Origin: Nitrososphaerota archaeon
Lineage (GTDB): Archaea; Thermoproteota; Nitrososphaeria_A; Caldarchaeales; Calditenuaceae
Reading direction: 5' to 3'
DNA length: 55,890 bases
Assembly: GCA_038845265.1 (NCBI GenBank)
Contig: JAWBQR010000009.1
Location: forward strand, 1-55,890
This document shows, piece by piece, positions 36,571-47,034 of this stretch (the first letter of the stretch is position 1; every line of letters begins with the position of its first letter). The position numbers and the translations under genes were made by a program. The notes beneath the pieces were generated by a model. It was not told the DNA's origin. It was given only the letters and a program-made list of their open reading frames with translations, and made no database searches.

Positions 36571-37743
36571 ATGGTAAAGAGGTCGCCATCGACTCTCCTA
36601 GCATTTACTGGTTTTATCGTAACCACATCCGGACAGATGAGTGCTCCCATCCTATCATTGTATGCTTTGAGTCATCTACGAGCATCAACAGCCGAGATAG
36701 GACTGATCTTCTCAATCTTCTCTCTGTCATCGCTCGTTGTGAGATTACTTATGGGGCTGATATTCACCGGTGATTTCCTGATGAAAGCACTGATTGCAGG
36801 TCTCGTAATAAACAGTTCATCAATGATTAGTTATGCGGTTGCGCCGAACGTCCCTGCCCTTGTCGGAATCAGGGCCATTCATGGAGCTGCATTTGCCTTT
36901 GACGTGACCACAATGCTGACTCTTTCTAGCCTAGTAGCGTCAAGCGACCAAGAAGTATCCAGCTCCCTAAGTAGGTACACTACTGGTGTTGCTCTCGGAC
37001 TCATGCTCGGACCCGCCATTGGGACGCTAACGGTCACGGTTCTCGGATTAAGATATACGCTGGTCGCAGCGGGAATCGCTAGCATTCCAGCAATAATTGC
37101 AGCATCAATTCTATTTCGTGAATCAAGGGGTATGTGTATCTGGCCGGACTCGAGGAGACCTAGCACCAATGACCTAAAAATGCTCTTCTACAATGATGGA
37201 TTGAAGCTCTCAACGCTTATCTATCTCTGCTACACCATTGCGTATGGCGTCGTTCTTGCCTATGCACCTGTCGTCGGCAAGCTTGACCTCGAGATGCGTG
37301 AAGAGAACATAACCCTGCTCTTCTTTGGTTATTTCGCAATAACGCTGATATGTAGAGCATTACTTCCAAAAATCCTAAGGGGGATAAGCATTACTCGTCT
37401 GCTCCTCATCTCCCTCTCAGCTGCCGCGGCTGGACTCTTCACAATGGGGATAAGTGCCTCGCTTGTATTGTTCGTCTTGGGGTTCGAGCTTACCGCTCTT
37501 GGTCATGGATTCATCTTTCCACTGACAGCCATGATAGTGGCTAAGACAATTACCCCAGAGTTAAGAATGCTCGGCAACTCCATCTATCTCTCTTCTTGGG
37601 ATGCTGGATTAATGATTGGGCCATTGTTTTCATCCGCACTTACGGTCTCGCTGCCTCTTAGAGCCACGATCGCCGTAATGTCCTCTACTCCAGTGATTGG
37701 TTTAGCTTTAGCTAGCCGTGTTAAAAGATTAGGACTGGATTAG
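36571..37743 (+). CDS. MFS transporter
   Basis: 12 hydrophobic segments, IRAIHG and G..LGP motifs. Confidence 0.82.
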   Translation: MVKRSPSTLLAFTGFIVTTSGQMSAPILSLYALSHLRASTAEIGLIFSIFSLSSLVVRLLMGLIFTGDFLMKALIAGLVINSSSMISYAVAPNVPALVGIRAIHGAAFAFDVTTMLTLSSLVASSDQEVSSSLSRYTTGVALGLMLGPAIGTLTVTVLGLRYTLVAAGIASIPAIIAASILFRESRGMCIWPDSRRPSTNDLKMLFYNDGLKLSTLIYLCYTIAYGVVLAYAPVVGKLDLEMREENITLLFFGYFAITLICRALLPKILRGISITRLLLISLSAAAAGLFTMGISASLVLFVLGFELTALGHGFIFPLTAMIVAKTITPELRMLGNSIYLSSWDAGLMIGPLFSSALTVSLPLRATIAVMSSTPVIGLALASRVKRLGLD

Positions 37744-37749
37744 TAATTT

Positions 37750-38799
37750 TCATACCCTTATTATTCTTCCGCTCGCCGCCTTCTTCAGCCTGTTCATTAT
37801 TGCGAGCCCTAACCCACGTTCCTCTACTCCTTCTGCAATGATTACCTCTACTCCTCTTTCATCAAGCTCGCGTAGTGATGCGAAAAGGTTCCTCGCCACC
37901 TCTACTAGGTCTCCTGTCTCTCCTAGACTAATCTCTTCACTGACGCCGTAGCCACTCTTGCCTATATATAAGACACCTGTCCTTACTCCCTTCTGCATGT
38001 ATTTCTCTAATAGTTCCCGTATCTTTTTCTTTACGTTCTGTCGCTCTCCTTGAACTACGAGGAGCTCGGCCTTCGGTGCGTAGTGTCTGTACTTCATTCC
38101 CGGCGATTGGGCGAGGATGTTGTCCAGCTCCTTCTCAGCTAGGACGACAGGATGAATCTTGACCTCACCAATCTCTTCTTTTAGTTGTTCAAGCGTGACA
38201 CCGCCAGGTCTCAGAATCATTGGCGGTGTACTCACTAGGCTCAGGACTGTCGACTCCAGTCCTATCTCAGTCTCTCCGCCATCAATTATAATATCGACTC
38301 TGCCGTAAAGATCTTTGATGACATGTTCAGCCCTGGTCGGACTTGGTGAGCCTGAGAGATTGGCGCTTGGGGCGGCTATTGGTCTCTCCGCCTCCTCGAT
38401 CAGTCTCAGGGCTACTCTGTGTCGCGGCATCCTTACAGCCACGGTATCAAGCCCGGCCACCGTCAATTCTGGGAGACGGGGATTCCTTCTCAGCACTAGT
38501 GTTAGGGGGCCTGGCCAGAATTTTGAGATTAACCTCCAGGCCAGCTCTGGTAGCTCAACAGCGACTTCTCCTAACATTTCTCTGCTGCTTATATGGACGA
38601 TTATTGGGTTGTCAAGCGGACGCCCCTTAGCCACGTATATTTTTCTTACTGCCTCTGGGTTAAAGGCATCTGCACCAAGTCCATAGACTGTCTCGGTCGG
38701 AAAGGCTACGAGTCCCCCCCTCTTGATAACTTCAGCAGCGATTTTTATGAGACCTACTTCTGGATCGTTCGGGTTTACCCTCAGTATCTGGGTATTCAT
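37750..38799 (-). CDS. sua5: Threonylcarbamoyl-AMP synthase Sua5 (YrdC + SUA5 domains)
   Basis: PTETVYGL, KGRP.DNP, FWPGPLT, SANLSG, PGMKYRHY. Confidence 0.95.
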   Translation of the reverse strand: MNTQILRVNPNDPEVGLIKIAAEVIKRGGLVAFPTETVYGLGADAFNPEAVRKIYVAKGRPLDNPIIVHISSREMLGEVAVELPELAWRLISKFWPGPLTLVLRRNPRLPELTVAGLDTVAVRMPRHRVALRLIEEAERPIAAPSANLSGSPSPTRAEHVIKDLYGRVDIIIDGGETEIGLESTVLSLVSTPPMILRPGGVTLEQLKEEIGEVKIHPVVLAEKELDNILAQSPGMKYRHYAPKAELLVVQGERQNVKKKIRELLEKYMQKGVRTGVLYIGKSGYGVSEEISLGETGDLVEVARNLFASLRELDERGVEVIIAEGVEERGLGLAIMNRLKKAASGRIIRV

Positions 38800-38858
38800 G
38801 CTAACTCTCCATGCTTGGCTGATTTCCACCCAGAGAACAGTTGGGCCTCGTAATAATC

Positions 38859-39380
38859 TTAAGCAAGAGTCTTTTTAGGATCTATCATCTCTCCTTCGGG
38901 AGGCACGATCACGATTGGTATCTTGACTTTGTCTAGTAATCCTTTTGCTACGCTCCCTATCCCCGTTTGTCTAAAATGTCTTCCTCGATAACCAATCACG
39001 AGTATTCCGCCATACTTCTCGGTCTCTCGGAGCAATACTGAGACCGGGTCACCTTCAAGGATAACGAACTTTGGTTTGATACCCCTTTCTTCTGCATGCT
39101 TGCTTATTTCCTCAGCAATCATGCTCGCCTCTCTTAACTCATCATACAGAGCCTTGTCCGTTACTGGGAAGTATGCCGGGGTTCCTGGCTCCGGGACGCT
39201 TGCCCTAGCGTATGATCCTTTTGCTCCGGATAGAACGTGGCTGCTTACGACGTGTATTATGATTAAGTCCCATCCGAGTCCAGAGGCGAGCTTTACCCCC
39301 AGCATTCCTACGGGCATGCTGAGTGGGGAGCCATCAATCGCGGCTATGACGCACCCCTTGACCGACTTATCCTCAGACAT
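38859..39380 (-). CDS. Universal stress protein (UspA family)
   Basis: AIDGS, GDP, VIGYRG......IGSVA, PIVIVP. Confidence 0.88.
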   Translation of the reverse strand: MSEDKSVKGCVIAAIDGSPLSMPVGMLGVKLASGLGWDLIIIHVVSSHVLSGAKGSYARASVPEPGTPAYFPVTDKALYDELREASMIAEEISKHAEERGIKPKFVILEGDPVSVLLRETEKYGGILVIGYRGRHFRQTGIGSVAKGLLDKVKIPIVIVPPEGEMIDPKKTLA

Positions 39381-39384
39381 ATCA

Positions 39385-40572
39385 CTATTTCGCCTCTCTC
39401 TGACTTAGAATTGGGGCATGTATTAGCCCCATCCCAAGTCTGCCGACTGCTGAGACTATGTAAACTATAAGTATTGCGATGTCCTGCCTCATCCTTGACT
39501 CGAGGACACCAAGCATGACTCCGCCAGTTATTGATCCTGCAAAGTAAGATGAGCCGGCCAATAGGTTGTAGAATGCTATGAAGCTCGCCCTCTCCTCCAT
39601 CGGTGTCTTCTCTATTAGGAATAGTAGAACCGCAGTATTTATGAGCGCTGCATTAACTCCGGCGAGAATGTTTACTCCTAGCAGAAAGGGAAATGAGGGT
39701 GTCAGTCCATAGACTATGGGTAGCACTGCTAGGCTCGACCTATTGATCATCAGCGTCTTGGCAGCCCCTATCCTGCTTGTGGCATTACTGAGCAGGTAGA
39801 GCCCCAGTATTCCGGCCGCTCCTGAGGCGACCGTAAGTATACTGATCTCGAAAAACGTGAGTCCAGCCACCCTGGCCAGAGTTACCGTAAATACTGGCCA
39901 GGCGATAGACATAAAGAAGCCGAAGCCAGCATTTACTAGACAGAACCTTAAAAACAACCCTTCCCTAACGATATGCTTCGTAACAGACACTATGTTTATT
40001 CGGCCTGGAGTAGTGTATCTCCTCTGGGCGGACCTGAAGCCGATCATGACGATTGCTGCGAGCAGCCCGCTAACAGTAGCTATTATGAATCCAACAGTGA
40101 ATCCTGGAAGACCTATTAGTGATGAGAGTCCTACGAAAAGCGTCGAGAACATTGAACCGGCCTGCGTCCATAGGTTTATCGAAGTCGAGACAATGGCCCT
40201 ACTCGAGGCAGGGACTAAATCTCCGATAAGTCCGACGAATGCTGGTGCAGCCATGGCCGTGAAGACTGATTGAACAGCCACTAGAAGCGTAATCATTCCC
40301 GGGTCATTAGTCATCGCGATAAACAACCATATGACTGAAGATATGACTCCGCCGACAATGATGAATGGTACTCTAGTATTCTTCTTATCGCTCAGGTACC
40401 CCCAGATTGACTGGAAGACATTCGTGCCGAGGTTGAGGAATGAGTGTAGAAGGCCTAGCTGAGAGGACGAGGCGCCGACATAGGCTGCATAAATCGGGAC
40501 ATACGGTGTGCCCGCGCCGTCTGAGACAGATGCCAAGAGAGCCCTCGCATAAATTCTCTTAAAGTTATCCAC
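39385..40572 (-). CDS. MFS transporter
   Basis: GYLSDKK..R motif A, 12 TM; GTG 40572 likely start (ORF extends to 40677). Confidence 0.85.
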   Translation of the reverse strand: MDNFKRIYARALLASVSDGAGTPYVPIYAAYVGASSSQLGLLHSFLNLGTNVFQSIWGYLSDKKNTRVPFIIVGGVISSVIWLFIAMTNDPGMITLLVAVQSVFTAMAAPAFVGLIGDLVPASSRAIVSTSINLWTQAGSMFSTLFVGLSSLIGLPGFTVGFIIATVSGLLAAIVMIGFRSAQRRYTTPGRINIVSVTKHIVREGLFLRFCLVNAGFGFFMSIAWPVFTVTLARVAGLTFFEISILTVASGAAGILGLYLLSNATSRIGAAKTLMINRSSLAVLPIVYGLTPSFPFLLGVNILAGVNAALINTAVLLFLIEKTPMEERASFIAFYNLLAGSSYFAGSITGGVMLGVLESRMRQDIAILIVYIVSAVGRLGMGLIHAPILSQREAK

Positions 40573-40772
40573 GCAGAAAAAGCATCCTGCAATCTTATAA
40601 ACACTTACCCCGATTTTTACACTATGCAACCATTCAAATTGATTTATTGGGATATCGTAACGACTCAAAATACACAAATATGCGCAAAGATTTCTGCTTC
40701 TATCTACAATTTATAAATAATTTAACCTGCGAATGAACATTAATTAAGTATTCTCAGTTCTATGATAACAGA

Positions 40773-41453
40773 ATGTCTGAAGAGTCGGATGAAGATTACT
40801 CAGCTCGCCCCTCTAGGAGAAGATTCATAGCTGGTGCGGCTGCCTTCTTTGGCTTTACCTTTATTCTCTCAGCAATTGCTGGGCTTGGGAGTAGGCCGGC
40901 CCTAAGACCTCCAGGCGCTGTGAGTGAAGATGAGTTCCTCTCGAGATGCATAAGGTGTGGAAGATGTGTAGATGTATGTCCAACAGATGGAATAAAGCTA
41001 TCGGGTCTTCTTGAGAGTGGGCTTGGCACCCCGGTCATGAGTGGCTACTGCGCGGTATATTTAGAACTAATTAATCCAGATCCAGTGAAGAATTTCGAGT
41101 TTAAGATGAATGGTAGCAGGGGTACACCGTGTCTGAAATGTATAAGTGCTTGTCCGACGGGCGCGTTGATTTCAATCCCAGTTGAGGAGATTAGAATTGG
41201 GACCGCAGTGATAAACAGGAATACCTGTCTCGGATGGACACAACATACCTGCTTTAGGTGCGTCGCAGTATGCCCCTTCAATGCAGTCACTATGAGTGAG
41301 GCCGGGGGACCAGTAGTGATAAGGGATATCTGTACTGGATGTTCACAGTGCGTCTACGTATGTCCAACTCTGCCTAAGTCAATTGGCGTGCATCCCTACC
41401 CAGAGAGAGGATTGGGGTACGGCTATCGATGGAGGTGGGGAAAGGGTGCGTAA
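40773..41453 (+). CDS. NapG/MauM-family polyferredoxin with Tat signal
   Basis: SRRRFI signal, LRPPGA..E..F...CIRCG.C...CP, four Cys clusters. Confidence 0.85.
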   Translation: MSEESDEDYSARPSRRRFIAGAAAFFGFTFILSAIAGLGSRPALRPPGAVSEDEFLSRCIRCGRCVDVCPTDGIKLSGLLESGLGTPVMSGYCAVYLELINPDPVKNFEFKMNGSRGTPCLKCISACPTGALISIPVEEIRIGTAVINRNTCLGWTQHTCFRCVAVCPFNAVTMSEAGGPVVIRDICTGCSQCVYVCPTLPKSIGVHPYPERGLGYGYRWRWGKGA

Positions 41454-42216
41454 AAGAATCCAGCCCATCAGGCATATAATTCAAGTCCTTTTCTTCGTTC
41501 TACTACTTTTCATGGTCGTAGGCACCATCTGTAGCTTCGCCTTAGGAGGAGTAGAGTTCACTGAGCCCCTTGGAGCACTGCAGGTCCTCGTAGGAGTATC
41601 AATATTCAATACCCCCGAGAAGCTTTACTTTCTACTAGCGTCATCCGCAGTGCTGGTAGTTGTGACGGTTATTATTGGTAGGGCATGGTGCGCTTGGGCA
41701 TGCCCAATAATGTCGGTCAACGAGCTTATTGAATACGTCATGAAGAAGAGTCATTACAAGCCATTGGGAGAGAGAGGGAAGAAAAATCGCGAGTTCGGCG
41801 AGACGAGGTTCGCGACGCTGGCTGGAGTAGTTGCCGCGGCAGGAATTTCCGGGAGTGCTGCTTGGTGTAATTTCTGCCCAATAGGTGCGATCTGCAGGAC
41901 AAGGAGCTCGGGCTTAATTGTCGCAGGAGCCGAAGTCATGATTCTCGGAATGGTTTTCTCGGCGAACCTCTATGAGAAGAGGTTCTTCTGTAAATATCTC
42001 TGCCCAGTGGGCGGACTGCTTATACTGTTGAGCAAGATTAGTGCCTTCTTTGTCCCCCGGGCTGACGAGAAATGTAGGAGCTGTAGGGCGTGTGAATCTA
42101 TCTGCCCAGAGGGGATACCTCTGTACAGCAATAACCCAGACATGTCTAAATGCACTAAATGCCTAGTCTGCTACACCAACTGCCCATACGGCGCAGTGAG
42201 AATAAACATATTCTAA
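41446..42216 (+). CDS. NapH/MauN-family membrane 4Fe-4S protein
   Basis: GRAWCAWACP, FFCKYLCP, two CxxCxxC...CP; GTG at 41446 with GGAGGTG upstream. Confidence 0.85.
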   Translation: MRKRIQPIRHIIQVLFFVLLLFMVVGTICSFALGGVEFTEPLGALQVLVGVSIFNTPEKLYFLLASSAVLVVVTVIIGRAWCAWACPIMSVNELIEYVMKKSHYKPLGERGKKNREFGETRFATLAGVVAAAGISGSAAWCNFCPIGAICRTRSSGLIVAGAEVMILGMVFSANLYEKRFFCKYLCPVGGLLILLSKISAFFVPRADEKCRSCRACESICPEGIPLYSNNPDMSKCTKCLVCYTNCPYGAVRINIF

Positions 42217-42297
42217 GACCAGGAGCTATACATTGAGTCTTCTCAATAGACGATTCATCCGCAATGTTAATGAGCATCATTAGTAAGAATTACTCAG

Positions 42298-42981
42298 ATG
42301 TTGGAAATAATTGACCTATGGAAGATCTACAAGACAAGGTCTATTGAATACCCAGCGCTGAGAGGCGTCAATCTGAGACTCGAGAGAGGTGAGTTCTTAG
42401 CAGTTGTGGGCCCATCGGGCTCAGGAAAGACTACGCTCCTAAATTTAATTGGTGCTCTCGATGTACCCACGAGAGGAGAGATAATTCTCGACGGAGTAAG
42501 CTATGGATCAGTTGGGAAAGGTGGGTTGGTAGAACTGAGAAGGAACAAAATTGGATTCATATTTCAGACCTATAACCTCTTGTCACAGCTGACATCGCTC
42601 GAGAACGTTGAGCTCCCGCTTATCGCTCAGGGTGTTAGCCCAAGAGTCAGGCGTGAAAGGGCCATGAAGCTGCTTGAACGTCTTGGACTGGCCGAAAAGG
42701 CAGATAAAAAGCCATGGGAACTAAGCGGTGGAGAGCAGCAAAGAGTAGCAATTGCCAGAGCACTAATTAATAATCCATCGCTAATTCTTGCCGATGAGCC
42801 TACAGGCAACCTCGACTCCAAGAATGCCGTAGCGGTTGCAGCTCTGCTACGTGAGGTCAATGAAGTTGATAATAAGACAATTGTCTTGGTGACGCATAAT
42901 ATGGAGGTTGCGAGGTATGCAGAGAGAATTGTCTATCTTAAAGATGGCACGATTGAGAAAGAGGAGGTAGTGGGAAAATGA
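42298..42981 (+). CDS. ABC exporter ATP-binding protein (LolD/MacB type)
   Basis: GPSGSGKTT, LSGGEQQRVAIARAL, ADEPTGNLD, VTH. Confidence 0.95.
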   Translation: MLEIIDLWKIYKTRSIEYPALRGVNLRLERGEFLAVVGPSGSGKTTLLNLIGALDVPTRGEIILDGVSYGSVGKGGLVELRRNKIGFIFQTYNLLSQLTSLENVELPLIAQGVSPRVRRERAMKLLERLGLAEKADKKPWELSGGEQQRVAIARALINNPSLILADEPTGNLDSKNAVAVAALLREVNEVDNKTIVLVTHNMEVARYAERIVYLKDGTIEKEEVVGK

Positions 42982-44948
42982 AGAAGATAATTAGTCAAAC
43001 ATTTATTCTCTCATTGGTCATTACGACCTTCCTACTGCTACTGATTAATACAGCCCCAATATATGCGCAGGAGACAGGAGAATTTGCAATACTTGATATT
43101 TGGTGGGGAGACGAGGCTCAGAAGATTGAGGTTGGTCCAGGAAGCATTAACGTTCCACTCACAATGAAGATACTCTACAAGGGAGAAGACCCACTAATAT
43201 ACGCAAGAATAAGAATGGTGCTTCCAGAGGGCATAACAGGAGTTGACGGCGCAACCACGGTTAGCATGTATATTTCTCCAAATATTAACAGAGGAGACGT
43301 TATAACAGTAAGCTTCAGACTGAACATCGACAAGAATCTTAAAACAGGGACATATCCAACTTTCTTTGTATTTCAGGGATTCAGGGCTGAAGCAGACGAC
43401 AAACCTGAAGTCTTTAACTCAGTCACCACGATAGATCTGCAGATTAAAGGCGAAGTAAAAATCAAGGCAGAAACAACTGACAGCACCCTTGTGGCGGGAA
43501 GCAGGAACATCCTCCCCATAATTTTTAGAAACACTGGTACTGGATTAGCCACGAAGATAAAGATACTTGTAACTGCTAGCCAACAGATAAGTGTACTGGT
43601 GCCTGAGTTCGAGGTTGAATCCCTAGGGCCTGGAGAGAGCATAACGCTATCGGTGCCTCTATATGTCTCAGCCTCCCTCGGAGGATCATCTGTCTCTCTT
43701 TCACTGACAATTAATTACCTTGATGCTTATCTGAATAGTAGGTCATTATCGACGGAGATAGGGCTTATCACATCGCAGCCATCCACGCCAAGCCTTCTCT
43801 TAGAAATTTCGCCTAATGAGCTTGCCATGCTGACTATGAATGATGTTGTGCTCAGAATAAGCAACCTTGGTGGAGCCGCGATAACTGATCTTTCAGTAAC
43901 CCTCACGCCTTCTTCTCCCCTTATACTTATTGGATCGGATGGAAAATTTAGCGTGGGAACGCTTGAGGCAGGAAAGTCCATCGTTCTGCCCTTAAGCCTA
44001 TATGTCATGGAGACTGCTGCTCAGTCTTCCCAAATTTCTGTCTCACTGTCATATATCGATGCCGCTAATCAGCTTAGGACAGAGTCTAGGATGTTAAATA
44101 TATTCATAACTGCGGAGCCTAAGCAACTTCTCTCACCCATTGACGTCAGGATCAATCCAAAAATCCTCTACTCTGGGATGATCAATAATGTCTCAGTTAC
44201 TGTTAAGAATGTTGGGACCTCTCAGCTCAGAGCAGTTACTCTGACATTCCCAACTAGTGGTTCTTCAATTACTTGGCTAGATGAGGGGGCGGTCTCAATT
44301 GACCAGCTTGAACCCGGTAATGAGCATAGCTTTGTCTGTAAGGTGTTCGTATCATCTGATGCACCATCTTCTCTAGCATTGACTCTCAGTCTCAATTATT
44401 ATGGAAGTGATAATATTCTTAAGCAAGAGCAGAGACAAGTCGGGGTTCTCGTCAAGGGATTGATAAAATTTGAGGTAGCTGACTTTGCCGTCCTTCCTGA
44501 GAATCCTTCCATTGGTCAGACATTCTCAGTGACGCTCATATTGGTAAATACCGGTACTTCTAAGGCATCTTCAGTGGCGATACAGCCTAGCAGAATTGAG
44601 GGCTTCAGGACTTTCGGTCAGTCTAGAAGCTTCCTCGGAGATGTTTCAATAAACACTCCGACATCGGTGACATTCTCATTCTCGGCTCTGAACAACACCA
44701 AGCCTGGAATTAATCAAATTCCATTCGTTTTATCCTTTAAGGACAGCTTAGGAGAAACTCACACGCAGGAGTTAATGATACCTGTGAGGATAGTGGCTCA
44801 GCAGAGCATGCAACAGACACAGGTACAGACGGCTAGAGGCTCGGAGCAGACCGGCCTAATTTCGCCTATGACCATAATTCTCCTCACCGTTATTGGAGCA
44901 ATCTGCGTAGTTGTAGGGTTTATAATCGGCAGGAGGACAAGGAAGTGA
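42978..44948 (+). CDS. COG1361-type surface/S-layer-like protein with repeated Ig-like domains
   Basis: Signal peptide, repeated N.G...A / L.PG.S / L.Y.D beta-sandwich units, C-terminal TM plus basic tail. Confidence 0.75.
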   Translation: MKKIISQTFILSLVITTFLLLLINTAPIYAQETGEFAILDIWWGDEAQKIEVGPGSINVPLTMKILYKGEDPLIYARIRMVLPEGITGVDGATTVSMYISPNINRGDVITVSFRLNIDKNLKTGTYPTFFVFQGFRAEADDKPEVFNSVTTIDLQIKGEVKIKAETTDSTLVAGSRNILPIIFRNTGTGLATKIKILVTASQQISVLVPEFEVESLGPGESITLSVPLYVSASLGGSSVSLSLTINYLDAYLNSRSLSTEIGLITSQPSTPSLLLEISPNELAMLTMNDVVLRISNLGGAAITDLSVTLTPSSPLILIGSDGKFSVGTLEAGKSIVLPLSLYVMETAAQSSQISVSLSYIDAANQLRTESRMLNIFITAEPKQLLSPIDVRINPKILYSGMINNVSVTVKNVGTSQLRAVTLTFPTSGSSITWLDEGAVSIDQLEPGNEHSFVCKVFVSSDAPSSLALTLSLNYYGSDNILKQEQRQVGVLVKGLIKFEVADFAVLPENPSIGQTFSVTLILVNTGTSKASSVAIQPSRIEGFRTFGQSRSFLGDVSINTPTSVTFSFSALNNTKPGINQIPFVLSFKDSLGETHTQELMIPVRIVAQQSMQQTQVQTARGSEQTGLISPMTIILLTVIGAICVVVGFIIGRRTRK

Positions 44949-46213
44949 GAATTGACGATCTCTTTAAGCTAAGCATAAAATCATGGGGCGAGAGAAAAGT
45001 TAGAATCATCCTCCTAATGCTCGCGATAGCTATTGGCGTTGCAAGCATCATAGCGCTAGTTTCTCAGACTACTGGCGTTCAGCAGTCAGTCGTTAACCAG
45101 TTGCAGACACTTGGACCTACTGCAATAATACTTACACCAAGTGGAAGATCCCAGTTAACGGATTCAGATGTCGCACTAATCGGCTCGCTTCCAAAAGTTG
45201 AGACTGTCGTGCCCTTGATTACTTATAGGGTCTATACGTCTAGGGCTGGACAGGACGTAGAGTTGACACTTGTAGGCATTGAGCCAGCGAGGCTGCCCGA
45301 CCTGCTAGGCGACCTGAAAATTATTGAGGGCGCATTATATCCCGGCGGTCTCTCTCCAATCGGAGTAGTTGGCTATGAAGCCGCATATCCATCCACTCTT
45401 GGCGGGACACAAGTAGTATTTGTTAATCAGCCGTTAATTATTGAGCAGAGAGCACAGTCTTTTACTAGGAGGGTAACGGTCCTAATCAGCGGAATACTAG
45501 ATAGGTATGGCGCCTCGGCCTTTATCTCTATAGACAACTCAATATTCATGCCGATCGAAGCCCTAAAGATAATAGCAAATAGAAATGACTACAACTTGAT
45601 CTTAGTAAAGGCGGATAGTGTTGATAATGTCGATGCGTTGGTCGAAGAATTAACAACGATTTATGGAGATCGAGCGAGAGTCATGGCGTTGCAGAGCCTT
45701 GCGTCTACGATTTCAAGCATCATTGGACAGTTCGGACTTCTGCTCGGGTCAATAGCAGGTATCTCGCTGACAGTTGCAGGTCTAGGAATAATGAACATAA
45801 TGATGATATCAGTAATCGAGAGGACAAAAGAGATCGGCGTCATGAAGGCTGTGGGATACAGGGATAGAGAGGTATTGCTCATATTCATAGTCGAGTCATT
45901 CATGATTGGAATACTGGGAGGACTACTAGGCATAGGTCTCGGAACTGCTGCCTCATATATCATGCCAAGTTTGCTAGGAACATTATTCAGAGCTCCGACA
46001 GGAGGGGCAGCTCCTGCTTCTACGCGTGGATTCTCAAACCCACAGTTCGGTGGGACGCAGGTCAGCTCGATGTTCTCTTTTACTCCAGTCATCTCGCCAG
46101 AAATTGTCTTCACGGCATATGGATTTGCAATCATGATTAGTGTGATAGCAGGTATCTATCCTGCATGGCGTGCCAGTAGGTTAGATCCAATTAGAGCAAT
46201 TAGGTACGAGTAA
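44945..46213 (+). CDS. ABC exporter permease (MacB/FtsX family)
   Basis: GIMNIMMISVIERTKEIGVMKAVG, YPAWRASRLDP. Confidence 0.93.
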   Translation: MRIDDLFKLSIKSWGERKVRIILLMLAIAIGVASIIALVSQTTGVQQSVVNQLQTLGPTAIILTPSGRSQLTDSDVALIGSLPKVETVVPLITYRVYTSRAGQDVELTLVGIEPARLPDLLGDLKIIEGALYPGGLSPIGVVGYEAAYPSTLGGTQVVFVNQPLIIEQRAQSFTRRVTVLISGILDRYGASAFISIDNSIFMPIEALKIIANRNDYNLILVKADSVDNVDALVEELTTIYGDRARVMALQSLASTISSIIGQFGLLLGSIAGISLTVAGLGIMNIMMISVIERTKEIGVMKAVGYRDREVLLIFIVESFMIGILGGLLGIGLGTAASYIMPSLLGTLFRAPTGGAAPASTRGFSNPQFGGTQVSSMFSFTPVISPEIVFTAYGFAIMISVIAGIYPAWRASRLDPIRAIRYE

Positions 46214-46221
46214 GTCGTTTT

Positions 46222-46992
46222 TCATTTAAAGATGCTGTCTAGCAGCATCATGACTGTAAAGCCTATCAAGAAGCCGAGGGATGCTTCTCGTCCGAATCCT
46301 TTTTTATGGCTCTCGGGAATCATCTCGTCGACGACTATGAATAGCATCGCTCCGGCGGCAAAGGCCATTCCCCATGGAAGGACCGTGCTGGTAATAGCTA
46401 CTAGGGTTACTCCTATTAGTCCGCCAATTGGCTCGACTAGTCCAGTCAGCGTTGCATAGCTTATCGACCTTGCCTTGCTGTATTTTTCACGCAGAAGTGG
46501 AAGCGCAACAGCTAATCCTTCAGGTGCGTTCTGCAGCCCAATAGCCGTGGCCACGATTATTCCTCTAGAGACTACTCCGGACCCGAAGCTGACGCCCACT
46601 GCAAGCCCCTCAGGGAAATTATGCATAGTTACGGCTATTATGAATAGCCAGAGTCTCGAGAGTCTCGAGGGAGGCCCCTCTAGTCCTGCAACCGGGTGGA
46701 AATGCGGAATGATTTTATCAATGATGAGTATCGTGAAGGCGCCGAGCAGTAGGCCGAAGGTAGCCACCAATGGTCCTCCAATCTCAATAGAAGGTACCAG
46801 TAGGCTAAAGGCCGTCGCGGCCAGCATGACTCCAGCCGCAAACCCAAGCAGTACATCCATGACGTTATCTGAGAAATTCTTAATGAATAGTGTGGGAAGC
46901 GCGCCTATTCCGGTCGCAAGTCCAGCGGCGAGACTCGCGACAAATCCGAGGTAGATTATCTCATTCAATCCTTGTTCTAAGAATTGATTCAT
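46222..46992 (-). CDS. ZIP family metal transporter (ZupT/GufA)
   Basis: FAAGVML, HNFPEG, QNAPEG, EP, EMIPE. Confidence 0.92.
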   Translation of the reverse strand: MNQFLEQGLNEIIYLGFVASLAAGLATGIGALPTLFIKNFSDNVMDVLLGFAAGVMLAATAFSLLVPSIEIGGPLVATFGLLLGAFTILIIDKIIPHFHPVAGLEGPPSRLSRLWLFIIAVTMHNFPEGLAVGVSFGSGVVSRGIIVATAIGLQNAPEGLAVALPLLREKYSKARSISYATLTGLVEPIGGLIGVTLVAITSTVLPWGMAFAAGAMLFIVVDEMIPESHKKGFGREASLGFLIGFTVMMLLDSIFK

Positions 46993-47034
46993 AATGGAAT
47001 AAATAGATTGTCACATAACAATGATTTTTTGAAG

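Noticed and set aside
42298-46213. ABC ATPase + COG1361 protein + MacB permease as a new system
   Set aside because: This three-gene arrangement is widespread in archaea; nothing atypical seen here
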